Origin: Kiritimatiellia bacterium
GTDB taxonomy: Bacteria; Verrucomicrobiota; Kiritimatiellia; RFP12; DVOR01
DNA: 64,000 bases
Assembly (NCBI GenBank): GCA_017531445.1
Contig: JAFXKZ010000002.1
Location: 201,286-265,285 of the forward strand
Reading direction: 5' to 3'
Of this stretch, positions 47,901 through 51,196 are shown in pieces (positions within the stretch are counted from its first letter, which is position 1; every line of letters starts with the position of its first letter). The notes beneath the pieces were generated by a model. It saw only the letters and a program-made list of their open reading frames with translations. It was not told the origin of the DNA and made no database searches. The translations under genes and the position numbers were made by a program.

Positions 47901-50855
47901 AGCACTGCGTTGGCTGTGAATAATGGTGCTTCCATCAAATTGGTTGATGTTTATGCGGCTTCTGCAAACATAACACCTACTGGCACAGGTGCAATTACAT
48001 GGGCACCCGTGGAAGCGGTCACGCATACAGGGAAGTTTACCCTTCCGGCAACGATTTCTTTCATCACAGAAGGCGATCTCACCTTAAATAATACCGGCAA
48101 CGTATTTAATGGTTCGTTGACGGTGGCTTCGGGTACGCTCACCTTGGCGACCGCATCGCAAGGTTTGGCAGGTGATTTGACTGTCGCGTCTGGCGCTACG
48201 CTTGTTGGAAGCTCAAATGATGCTCCGACATATAGCAAGTCAACGACAATCACAGTTAATGGCACCTTGCGCTTGGCAGAAGGTATTCGTTGGACGATTG
48301 GTGATGATAACACCTTGAATCCGATGGTATTGGGTGGTGGCGCACGTCTGGAAGGCACAGGGAATACGCCGCTTAATTGCCAGACAACGGCCTTTGACTT
48401 CTTCAATAACAATGCGACCTTGAAGGTGACTGGCAAAAATGCTGTTATTGCAGGCCTGATGGGTGCACATACTGGAGGAGCCGAAAAGACGTTGAATGTC
48501 ACCTTTACCGACGGCGCATCGCTCATATTGGAAGGTGGCGTTGTTGCGAATGCGTATTCCATCAATACCGCGCTTGAGGAAGGCGCCGCCGCAGCAACTT
48601 TGACAATCACAGGCGAAAAAGCTGCCACTGGCACACTTACGATCGGTGCAGGGATCACGTTAACGGGGACAGGTTCATGGGCCGGCACGCTCGCCTTCAC
48701 TGAAGGCGCTACGCTTGCAGTGGTCGATCCCGACGAGGTGCTCTCTGTAACGGGTGCTATTACAGGCGCAGCTGCGGTTATCCTGCCGGAGGGTGTGGTC
48801 GCACCTGAAGGAGAGGAACGTCTGACGGTTCTCTTCACGGAAAGCACTGCTTCAACAGTGTCCTTTACCTATGGTGATGGCTCTACTCACATTGTTGTTC
48901 CAGAAGCAACGGAGGGAGGCGTTAATTACAACTTGGTGCGCAAGCCTACATACTCAGCCTTGTCGGCGACGGTGACAGGAAATGCCAACTGGTCTGAATT
49001 GATTTGGATGGCAGGTGAGACAGAGGTTACAAATCCCGTGTGGGGAGCCGTTACGGCGGTGACTTTGACGGCGGAAGCGGATGCTACGGTGACGCGCGAT
49101 GTAGCGACACTTTCCCTCGCTTCGCTCACGGTGGCGGATTCGGAATACGCCTTGACGCTCTCAGGCACAACATTGCCTGCGGCAGCAACCCTTATGGTGG
49201 ATGGCAATGTTTGCCTGGGTGAAGGTGTCGTAACAGTGATGCCGAATTTGCGTGGTGCGGGTACGCTGACCTTCATGGGTGGTGAGATTATTTCAAGGCT
49301 CGCAGGTAATGCTGACACAAGTTACGCTTATAATGATTTCACTGGTCGTTGGATTCTTGAAAATGGCACAACGATGCGTATCCGTGGCGGGGGAGCCCAG
49401 ATGGGGCAGCTCAACTGGAATTCCACCGTGGAAGATAGCGGTCAGATTGAAGTGCGTCAGGGTGCTCGCCTCGTGCTTGAAGCTCAAAACGTCTTCGGTT
49501 GGGGTGCAGTGAATGACCTCCATCAGCGTAAGGTCTTGGTTGTAGATGGTGGCGAGGTTGAAATCTCCGCTGTTGAAAACTACATCCGCCGTACGATTGA
49601 GTTGAAGAATGGTGCTACCTTGGCATGTCCTGCTACGAATAGTACTGTTTACTTCTCGCGTGGTGCTACAATTGAAGTCACTGAAGGTGAAGCAACCATT
49701 TCTGGTATGTTGAATATCAGCTGTGATAATGCTGGTAATTCCGTTGGTAAGGGGGCAACGATTCGTGTGGATGAAGGCGCCACGCTCAATCTCCCTGGCT
49801 CAATCGCTTATGGTAAGAATGGTAAAACCTTCGCCTTGACCTACACGGGTGGTGGTACGGTGAACGTTACCGGTGAGAACTCCTATCATACCTACACTGA
49901 AACAATTGTGGATGAGGGCATGACCTTCATTATGAGTGGCTCCCATATCGCTCCTGACGAAAATACACTCAAGCCTTATACGATTAAGGCGGGAGCAACG
50001 CTCGCAGGTTCGGGTACGATTAATGGTGCGGTGACCTTTAATGAGGGTGCAGTTGTGGTGGCCGATGGTCAGGCTTTGACCTTGGGCGCTGTGACTTCTG
50101 TAAATACCTTCGTTGAGGTGACGGCATCGTTGGCGACTGCTGATGATGCGGTGACGGCCTTCACTGCTACGAGTGCACTGGATGTCAATCAGTACGCAGT
50201 GGCGCCTGAATATGCGCTTGAAGTGGTGCCTGCTACAGAGGGTGAAACAACGACCTATGCCTTGGTGGTGAAGCGCGCAAGCTTCGTGACCTTGACGGGT
50301 ACGGAAGATTTCGCGGCTGAAACACAGCAGGTCGTTCGCGACATCGTGATTGATGCCTTGAAGGCTGAGTCGGTGACGGAAGGCGCATATGCTGTTGATG
50401 TGGAAGTTTACACGAAGGGTAGCGAGACACCTAAGACGCCGACGGCGGATGAGGTGGATGCGCTCGTGGGTTGCTTCATCAACGTGGAAACCGTGGAAGT
50501 GAATACAGAAACGAATACCGCGAAGGTGAAAATCGCCTATGAATTCGGTCTTGCAGACGTAACGGTTGATGCCAATCTCAATGTCATTTTCAAGGCATTG
50601 GTGGAACGTATTGATGAAGCGCGTAATGATGAACGGGGTTTGGCAGATTATGCCGACGGCGTAACGTTCTCGATTACGGATACGCTTTCCGGCGAAGTCT
50701 GGGATATCGCCGACGAAAATGTGGAAGCACCGCAAGATGAGGTAGGTGCAGTTTATCTGATGTTGCCGGATGCTTATGAAGTGGAAGGACAACAACGGTC
50801 GGTCCTGACCAACTTCATCGGCACGCGTAAATTCAAGGTGCGTGTAAAACGTTAA
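26940..50855 (+). CDS. Giant (7971-aa) secreted beta-helical surface protein with PATR-type repeats, InlB-B-repeat-like modules and an embedded discoidin-like domain
   Basis: AAGGAGG RBS 7 nt upstream of ATG 26940. Sec-type signal MKAKQILTFFAALAFSWPLMAAT. Uninterrupted 23.9-kb frame. Five N-terminal units capped by D-x-G-A-x-E. Canonical PATR string SGDGALNVAAGTLTLSGANTYTGGTQIAEGA. Eight supermodules each headed by W-x2-L-x-W. Thr/Gly/Ala/Val/Asn-rich. Confidence 0.9.
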   Translation: MKAKQILTFFAALAFSWPLMAATLQSFVNEEHVDGDIILVPDGEYEPSDLSQETRRLTFRAENEGEVIIDGGTTTRCVDLSDSITLEGFLLRNGKAEQGGGVRGGTIVRTTVQNCTAIFGGGAYKTNIRASIFKHNSAEFFGTAAYGGTAFSSRFEENTSASYGGGMATLFGVTTANCAIVNNRALHDVAGTMASPVQNMVYYANVAERGNYEGSPTKDIDAVGGAPEGEAFKSVSGVDIFTNVAIGDYTLDVTKAAEHVKEKADPSLGGNYDVLWYDKDLAGRPRLLDQALDIGPYEIADTITVTCEVKGVGEVAVVPTEVQEGDPVTFTATSDTYQREFIGYYVNDRLVSTEATMTYAPLKEDKIVARFAGLTLDPTNEALDSLEEVIAALHPSILEEVTLTNGTFAIPALDKPVAFVGASTSETTVNLSGDCKGAYVINATVTGADVSNVTLHRCLVNNFSGANVTLTSSIIASTCTNISGKAVNTTAWNAMPAGLTQVDCVVLSGTTNTVTDAILLKNDTNIDAGQGGSDIIPYDNFDIAGRPRVSGTKVDCGAHECNYITVSVAAEGYYAALSPTVETYDKLTGDILTLSYESPRTFRGWRLADGTVLTREPSYTYVLPEGDCVLTASFEGFALTPESTIPNDTTAADTIVLAPGIYTQDFTTAATIVGTGLQDEVVLTGTIAGGARLEAVSFEDATLSNVTLNRCYVSGGSATNVTAYNSILVNLTSATGTYINNTTVNTVLPETAKNTRVLNAIVEDYTPPQEEADKGGSLTNDERLALGDYDYYGNPRVNNATIDNGAVEYEWPPYIVTIDVIGHGLVEPRGAVEVVRGAPLTFTVKQDPKHPRNLVSVSGAEDKGNGIYSVYPNADATVTVTFEMLPEVTTDDALQEALVEAQDGETITVAPGTYGAIDVKGKRLKIVASDLNPANTVIDALGQGRAATLTGGAEIIGFTIQNGIANKGAGVYQGTVRRCIIQKNTLTYNGFGAGVCEVFAESCLIVDNGSENVVRSNGGGASTSDLLNCTVVRNIADKGAGLYDCTAKNCVIALNTDLAGAVSDWAGDSVAPDPTDCCTPTTGGITVDAGTLFVDPENNDWRLREGIACIDAGTNDDRLSEKDVTGAVRVYDDAVDMGAIEWNSPDYNITIAFQGRGIATVDGTEIAWDAEASAKVLSVPRTQQKLSLQWKEDAATSVVRTFVGIMANNAMLEGSTDAVNNAFTWTIAAEDTVNVMLTFIAEDLSVTTAEELTAALESAIAGETIKLAEGNYDVEVDIGTGVIVDGASKATLLQGATLADGAVLKRVTVTGAGVTGPETGRAELIQSIVKGVTGVAVKQNMVLKTCLVYENTIGVMDSTAYLSTIVSNTAAGVSGTSRIYGTVVWGNGVDVEESVERIDSYVGGNPKFTLPAPDGEDYTVLTQSPLIDLAETAQWEGFTDADRSLADLAGNARPALNGYDIGAYELQVAADPFALWTWYGSAYTVDGTWSGSNWRKLIYGAPYNLPANESARFIDRDGFASAEVAIDSVVTIPSLQLENAKCALAFRDAGGRLTVNSGVIKSSSGDLTLAAQMDIKEQLYLSAGALTVEEGASVAVDGKFVASSTPVTMTGGLLSAATKSDLFGTTQFTLTDGTFEFGDYLNIRDSVFVDLAGGTVTGGEISVAQDTRDALRFSGADVTVSKIETGDESSGRYGNIVQTGGTLTVTGSGSGKSAPLHISHWSGWSNYTMTGGQLFVPNGEVRIGQDGNGHLILSGGYAEVKSIGITNGKVTLAGGTLKVQTTQTLPITFTAGTASRVIAPDAESAYLQITPSEAGDIIFGESLGYFQIGTSSEWVTVTNNNLIFENGVRLSAKIALTGTGKGITVPGSGTAPVITSGSFSVDQLAFSGDLSEEETMLLTIRVSSGHTAITAEQFTVTGRWAGNCSLRVAGPEEANGYAIYNVYATRTGTPAVVGTPTLTLAGGTTEWTSNNWSPAFVAGGDAIVRVMEDSTLDMDAYKTVNNLTIEIAEGKTLTIAKGSSLSAAGTVTLVGGGTLRLENAFIYGSIATCDLAQIISNVSSQEWQGTALNGVPIRVEQSATLSNLNEIDLSIAEGVTVGLPTTCRGLLVSDGACTLSTDSATTFTGEAVFGGAVTLVWNTTFNGSLVLGALPATSEKVFYGDVEVTLPEGVDLTIPSGQITSGAYFKKTGEGKLTLSDASYNANLRLGGVVEFTQDTTINGALHIEEGAVVFLPYDATLIATGEVRIEPSVRFILTTSPEANVTLADAYTLLSSNTAAGLVIDQLATLSVMWQNIPADETLSNPQVALAGDMLVYTLTRESAKVWTGATSSDWSTASNWSDNVVPEADDTVRFTDAATTKTVELSSSVPVGVMTFASGDYTLNGGMNLNSFTGKTDVNHLAGTTAWVDTFIERGVYTIYAGAKATLAQEMGYVYKGSFAGEGALELIGGSFTLAAASVGYSGAFTVGTDTSLTLVNAESLYAATVNVAGTLAVESDASVATVVMEDGGQLRLSKDYTFTVREEITGDVAISIATLPDEVGDWEIMALPMNTAASFTLLNETSAEDKFIAFLSQSEDRLILSLRPTTDIAWASKNVTTGADVWNVYGTPVATTVTAGKRVWLTDVEGVTAATISLPENPSSVMVEAVETVYTINNATAVTMPMTVMAGSQVVLRTNATLSELSNGGVITVQNATLDLTETQLVGRGKVIAGTGGIVRISAQTLAESTMTFSCEGGKLEVVTTEDFSMPTNRIPDNCSGLIKEGEGTLYLPPAAMSSTITVNDGVLMPTGAIALKARYFKFEPHERFAGSAWWLPATGLSDFVTTLSGERQAWPDGAKIVRFDSGVTNKIQIGITGDSQSSIDGISGKIANVFDNDLNTQLLWNDWHDSYGTGDKWRRNYFVIDAGEQGFKFTGYNVGTPDNLDAFFWKWSVAVANDISNWRPNTELSTKTADEDTIWQTIDERTFPEDKTLFKTSAWMNAGEYAARRQSGFWSEYTGSVNLASASAVLDLSKAVGTSGILQDEVEMATVSGVGTLKVPTSLKVTADTLSMNTLHLTGTDVLKTPISVKSTAVISTITMDEAVSAAYNESPSADFVLIEGYTGTIAPTLSGMQDPGDGGTWQLAVIDGNLHLGLANSPRFLATTLLSESENWSSLAWTDILGNPIEPDWAAVEEITIKMTSTSPDKVTLTLPSGIAVSGIERIVFDFGDTESKRVCLTGSGTLQTKVLEIKGEHRGTLLPDSTTLLTAESLEVNAPEWDTSPKLLDMFGGSSASWRAPNVPMGIIAKTTTEAIASKVLGTALITVREGTLKLRKEEQFDSMTRELHVAAGATLDVNGCPISNNLTLQGGTLTNSGAGIGTHKRQNYNITLTADSVISGVSDYYSLNNGYNVHTLTLNGHTLTKRGTCAFGFYNANIEGGDGTIVVEAGTLRVQPHNSNVRTLKDVTFVEQGGTVEISAPVTLSGTVTLDGGICSAAVTVAADSKVRGTGTIAGALTLNSGAKIEVYSLAEPLKLSGDYPATITMSTMEGLEYPATVVPILSIANATEATRPYVTLENLPGSRKLEWNEDYTVLNVVPQDALSTETTVKATLSGDANWSTLNWTDSNGVGINPDWRIVTNVTLTATADAIITRDVATEAITSLTIAESSFKIDLQGTALSALTTLAANGDVSFGLGMLTTMPTALSGDAEITFYTDVATTLGGGDTTYAYNDFTGRWIIEDGATLTIGGEGGGKMGQLNWNSAIADSGQIEVRQGGTLTLGTNHAFGWADGANQRNRTVLVVDGGRVVCDANYDQYVRRTFELKNGAELYSSATTPGKGISLGRDTNILVTEGEASLTGTMFIGCDSQHSNQQNILNIIAQPGATLKIPASINNGANQSNADVDVEDMKFSGGGTIVLSGTTLNSYTRMQVAADTTLLVNGTVSFVKPITFEANAIVGGTGSIAPVSTYSSTASVTFSEGTKIKIVDETDPLSIQVGAYTTFTPPSGGIGVIFPEDMVSGNSVKVLTSTSLLATSDLSVPDGYTTTVETSGSWYTLVCSKTSLDQFPTILTDVSGEMDWDALTWQNESGASLDSSLMDWSVVTTAVLRVTDNTILTLPENIASGNQIATLKVEFVKEGSTLTFAGATASVPVIQVIGVKSGRLATTATALTATALSVESGVVGLDVATLNAITSLSDSVTYTLYGDGTLNKALPGTTPVTIASGTVKPSAANQISGRMVTINSGATLDVNGFAQACTVTLAGGTLTNTGAALSDQSAWQTYGITLTADSTIGGTADMRSLNTNWAAHTIALGSRTLTLDNTSTLYWTNASIENGAIQVARGTLDIGYGWDKDNGWAKKEAEATLRNVTLTVAEGAKLTLNRGMTIEGTVVFSEGATFNKDVAIILAQPDGQTASLTVPTSAITGETRIEVDSLTLTGTAAPAVLPTFTGITVNVGETLKTAIAGTTTARILLATLEGNEPVVNNVPDGWHVEIVDNTLSLANNAFPTHLVTTCTGSVTWDDLPWTNASSQTEVVYADVDKELVTAITLKVQGDATLFVTDIKTLLPNVETLNVVYETADALLTFAGDAIVLPALALSGENGSIHSTATTIAIDGMTSSQAAVGLGVGIWNVVSWTSPMPTLYRLYGNGETLNKELPEVATPLTTYGDITLEKVPTGSAAITIASGKLTFEPSESEVTLTTPISGGSLACKGTTTYTIAAANRCVVTTLEIGAETVVKATAQNALQTTTITGEGTLIGVAYLVSGTVSEDWTGVVRFEDVASYTYLNLSNYGNAQSKIELKNLGTANGNVYLVNSTYEVAADLQLEGANYINNGFYANSYTFSGDLTGDGSLTWGTYGTPNDCYFFTGDLSGFTGNLTQLRANRIVLGNNTNVTQDALTIDGTTTWNGTLTANADRYIRVMGSAILSGSGTLASNVTFQAEATLDVTAGTNLTVAEGKTVTLPEALTVKLPVDTEMPVTILSTTAFAGSEGLDDCVVTVEGAEGAFRLRKTATALQVDEFEELDTLTINAATGTAWSSIAEQLENSKQALSADAVLTINFGDGDTPGSFVFDNAEALTFASVVVTGSAGGTVTSSEGALTFTSFTRESACTNLTVDAKVFTAAYGSGAQTIDGWTLGITVPAEGNVTLSNAFTVNSNAILKKVGAGTLSLTSTSNTLHGGLDVKSGTLILASADRGIKGDVVVAQGATLATTANDAINYSASSTQTITINGTVQVGAKWTIFANNKIVLGAGAVLDTYNNYAEPLDFFRANCPIMVTGADAIIRAVMFNHNNDTSHSVKITFAEGASLTIEGNVETIPVTTELAEGATSATLALTGTKTSTSRLTVGNGITLAGDGTWSGPATFNGGKIQVVTNLEQPITIKGAVTASQPIEVLFDETAEVPVKVLASTNALTEEMLAVRTGYSRVVETTTESESTIYTLCYDEADDTDVTAIATTINETVEWSALAWTNIESGNTIDLNTVTAENITSVTLNVAETATLSLADVKTAFPNAVVTINYTAQGKTLTLAGESVVLPAITVTGESGMLKTTATSLVMDALSVVPMGFGFDVALLNSATTLTALPTAYTLYGDGSTLTKTLPATATVTLQSGTIKLGANNVLNTANTIILNADATLDLNGKEHDGSLTLNGGKLTNTGNVIGMNLQQLRNLVLTADSEIEVNDGHAFHLIHSGYGVQTLTLNAHTLTKSGTGTMAWCNVSPANGTVKVTNGTLEMRSGNNGTGANNTCTLTAVTLEENGGEIQITRNYALANTVTLKGEISIASVLSGDGALNVAAGTLTLSGANTYTGGTQIAEGAKVIATSIGTGEVTGAGDIELLINATAVSVPNIIKVAYTGAATLTASGDNGAIVENTTNVTWPSGKQYIFNGGTHALTFYPGTLPNDKSTETEDSASIQVKANTTLTLKARDFGGWTGSHFNNIALSVKGENAKVIAASFDSHPGCFVGRVYLADGATIQGGDNNTDAINFFGNADDANIHVTSGSASWTNKLWIGNGGGGNITNLGITVEEAASFDLSALVQNNKGIKKCGAGAMTLSGENTSTGSLIVNEGTAVITGAWAGATSVAADATLTGTGTIGGTLTFAEGATFKVNPSAANPLKVTGTISGTAAIALAETQEVISKIALIASNETIDPANFGAISGYTYVVETVDGVHTLYAAVAAPEALTATLSGNVAWADVPWMSDESIAIYPETMNVSQVTTITLNLTADTTLTFGDVQATFPALTTVKVNPMAENLTFTIAGDRVTLPTVTTDLFVQPTPMVFLSTATSLTIEKFQPKLSGEYAVGIGVSFVNSCTVVNFPTTYRLFGDGSVLTKQVSANASGIQLAGGIVKIANSDILQSRPLFVEQGATFDLNGNTHLGSLTLNGGKLTNTGNAIGTNEQQLRNLVLTADSEVEVNEGHVFHLIDGSYALQTLTLNDHTLTKSGTGKMQWCNVSPDGGTITVTGGILLMRAGGQAENGTDRAADTCTLTAVTLEENGGEIQITRNYALADTVTLKGDISIASVLSGDGALNVATGSTTLSGANTYTGNTTITEGATLKVTTKDALGSTRNASGQIALGNTTLTGAGSLELAFADAEASLEMIGNGGTFTGDIIVTGGTLKFPNASGGSGPVHGRVITVTGANAVLTTGTNSDATGWNVSGRQKLVLADGAQFKVYKRDTFKTPLEMTGASVILMNGANDGGRGLDWYQSPSLTVKAETGATAESPTESFITVAADATANDQKINIRDDNGNARCSIPANVEANARLTIDAHLYGDDIVKTGEGELVLTNATNAYNATTINGGTLTVTGATGTGATTMAVGTTLRGTGTVKGALTFTNTLAEDGTTVSAMPTLIVDAASDADPALTVNGAITGKVSVRFTTAITTQALVPVLHSSQAIEPENFMMETALPEGYALQVIEDEGLYTLAVAKENFQIYTELHATVTENAAWTALSWTDGEGNAVESGDIAWSLVETVVLTAENGAVVTMDVALPVLTALTIEGGSLTLQNHLETKLSASTALAVNNGASIKLVDVYAASANITPTGTGAITWAPVEAVTHTGKFTLPATISFITEGDLTLNNTGNVFNGSLTVASGTLTLATASQGLAGDLTVASGATLVGSSNDAPTYSKSTTITVNGTLRLAEGIRWTIGDDNTLNPMVLGGGARLEGTGNTPLNCQTTAFDFFNNNATLKVTGKNAVIAGLMGAHTGGAEKTLNVTFTDGASLILEGGVVANAYSINTALEEGAAAATLTITGEKAATGTLTIGAGITLTGTGSWAGTLAFTEGATLAVVDPDEVLSVTGAITGAAAVILPEGVVAPEGEERLTVLFTESTASTVSFTYGDGSTHIVVPEATEGGVNYNLVRKPTYSALSATVTGNANWSELIWMAGETEVTNPVWGAVTAVTLTAEADATVTRDVATLSLASLTVADSEYALTLSGTTLPAAATLMVDGNVCLGEGVVTVMPNLRGAGTLTFMGGEIISRLAGNADTSYAYNDFTGRWILENGTTMRIRGGGAQMGQLNWNSTVEDSGQIEVRQGARLVLEAQNVFGWGAVNDLHQRKVLVVDGGEVEISAVENYIRRTIELKNGATLACPATNSTVYFSRGATIEVTEGEATISGMLNISCDNAGNSVGKGATIRVDEGATLNLPGSIAYGKNGKTFALTYTGGGTVNVTGENSYHTYTETIVDEGMTFIMSGSHIAPDENTLKPYTIKAGATLAGSGTINGAVTFNEGAVVVADGQALTLGAVTSVNTFVEVTASLATADDAVTAFTATSALDVNQYAVAPEYALEVVPATEGETTTYALVVKRASFVTLTGTEDFAAETQQVVRDIVIDALKAESVTEGAYAVDVEVYTKGSETPKTPTADEVDALVGCFINVETVEVNTETNTAKVKIAYEFGLADVTVDANLNVIFKALVERIDEARNDERGLADYADGVTFSITDTLSGEVWDIADENVEAPQDEVGAVYLMLPDAYEVEGQQRSVLTNFIGTRKFKVRVKR
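35305..35840 (+). other. Discoidin (F5/8 type C)-like lectin domain embedded in the giant protein
   Basis: ARYFKFE...IANVFDNDLNTQLLWND...RRNYFVIDAGEQGFKFTGYNV...WSVAVANDISNW...WQTIDERTF matches the jelly-roll carbohydrate-binding pattern and interrupts the beta-helix repeats. Confidence 0.5.
37713..38560 (+). repeat. Giant-protein supermodule type A, copy 1 (in-frame coding repeat)
   Basis: ANWSTLNWTD...YAYNDFTGRWIIEDGATL...GQLNWNSAIADSGQIEVRQGG...VLVVDGGRV...ELKNGAEL is paralogous to 48984..49810. Confidence 0.7.
43803..44312 (+). repeat. Giant-protein recent internal duplication, copy 1
   Basis: NGGKLTNTGN...LRNLVLTADSE...TLTLN.HTLTKSGTG...CTLTAVTLEENGGEIQITRNYAL...SGDGALNV. 44097-44168 differs from 46311-46382 at 1 of 72 nt by eye. 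Confidence 0.8.
46005..46530 (+). repeat. Giant-protein recent internal duplication, copy 2
   Basis: Collinear with 43803..44312 at an offset of 2202-2214 nt (a 12-nt indel between the copies). Confidence 0.8.
48984..49810 (+). repeat. Giant-protein supermodule type A, copy 2 (in-frame coding repeat)
   Basis: ANWSELIWMAG...YAYNDFTGRWILENGTTM...GQLNWNSTVEDSGQIEVRQGA...VLVVDGGEV...ELKNGATL. Confidence 0.7.
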
Positions 50856-50876
50856 TGCCGTTCGGCTTGTTCCATT

Positions 50877-50914
50877 CAGCGGCTTCACGTAACGACGTGA
50901 AGCCGCTGTGTTTT
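50877..50914 (+). terminator. Rho-independent terminator after the giant gene
   Basis: CAGCGGCTTCACGT-AACG-ACGTGAAGCCGCTG (14-bp perfect stem) followed by TGTTTT. Confidence 0.75.
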
Positions 50915-51000
50915 AAGTTTATGGCTTCTGTGTTGATAGCAGGTTGAACGCGTTGCTTCAGACAAATTTGGTGTACATGAGTTGAGTGACGCCGTTATTC

Positions 51001-51125
51001 ATTGTTCAATATCGCCGAAAGCGTCCTGAAGCATGGGCGACTTTGCAACTGAACACTGCCGGGATTGAACGGCCGTTTCGCCGAAGTTCAAAATGCACAT
51101 CCCGAAGTTGATTACCTAAGTAGCG
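51001..51125 (+). repeat. GGCGA/TCGCC-box extragenic element, copy R2
   Basis: Collinear blocks shared with R1 (see 4572..4725). CATGGGCGA and CGTTTCGCCGAA are 42 nt apart, the same spacing as in R3. Confidence 0.6.
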
Positions 51126-51134
51126 TGGGAGGTC

Positions 51135-51166
51135 AAAAAAAGAAGCCGCACACTTGCGTATGTGGC
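51135..51166 (-). terminator. Candidate rho-independent terminator after the phosphoribosyltransferase gene
   Basis: Minus strand: GCCACA-TACGCAAGTG-TGCGGC followed by TTCTTTTTTT. The stem is short, with one G-U pair. Confidence 0.5.
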
Positions 51167-51196
51167 CATAAGAGAATGAAGCAAAACGTGGGGAAA

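Noticed and set aside
47951-48847. 298-aa ORF antisense inside the giant gene
   Set aside because: Same reasoning: a shadow ORF with an Ala/Pro/Val/Ser-rich mirror composition and no independent signals.
26940-50855. Considered whether the strong internal periodicity could be a CRISPR array or non-coding satellite
   Set aside because: The repeats are in frame, 0.5-2.8 kb long, divergent at synonymous and non-synonymous sites, and lack short identical direct repeats with unique spacers. They are protein module repeats.
50040-50855. Looked for an autotransporter beta-barrel, PEP-CTERM, LPXTG or T9SS C-terminal domain at the end of the giant
   Set aside because: There is no alternating amphipathic beta-strand region ending in an aromatic residue, no VPEP plus TM plus basic tail, no LPXTG, and the sequence ends KFKVRVKR. 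This is reported as an open question rather than as a feature.
49800-50888. 362-aa ORF antisense to the giant gene's 3' end, extending past its stop
   Set aside because: Its start would lie inside the terminator hairpin of the giant gene. The sequence is Arg/His/Cys/Ile-rich with no motif. The sense frame shows clear paralogy to earlier modules.
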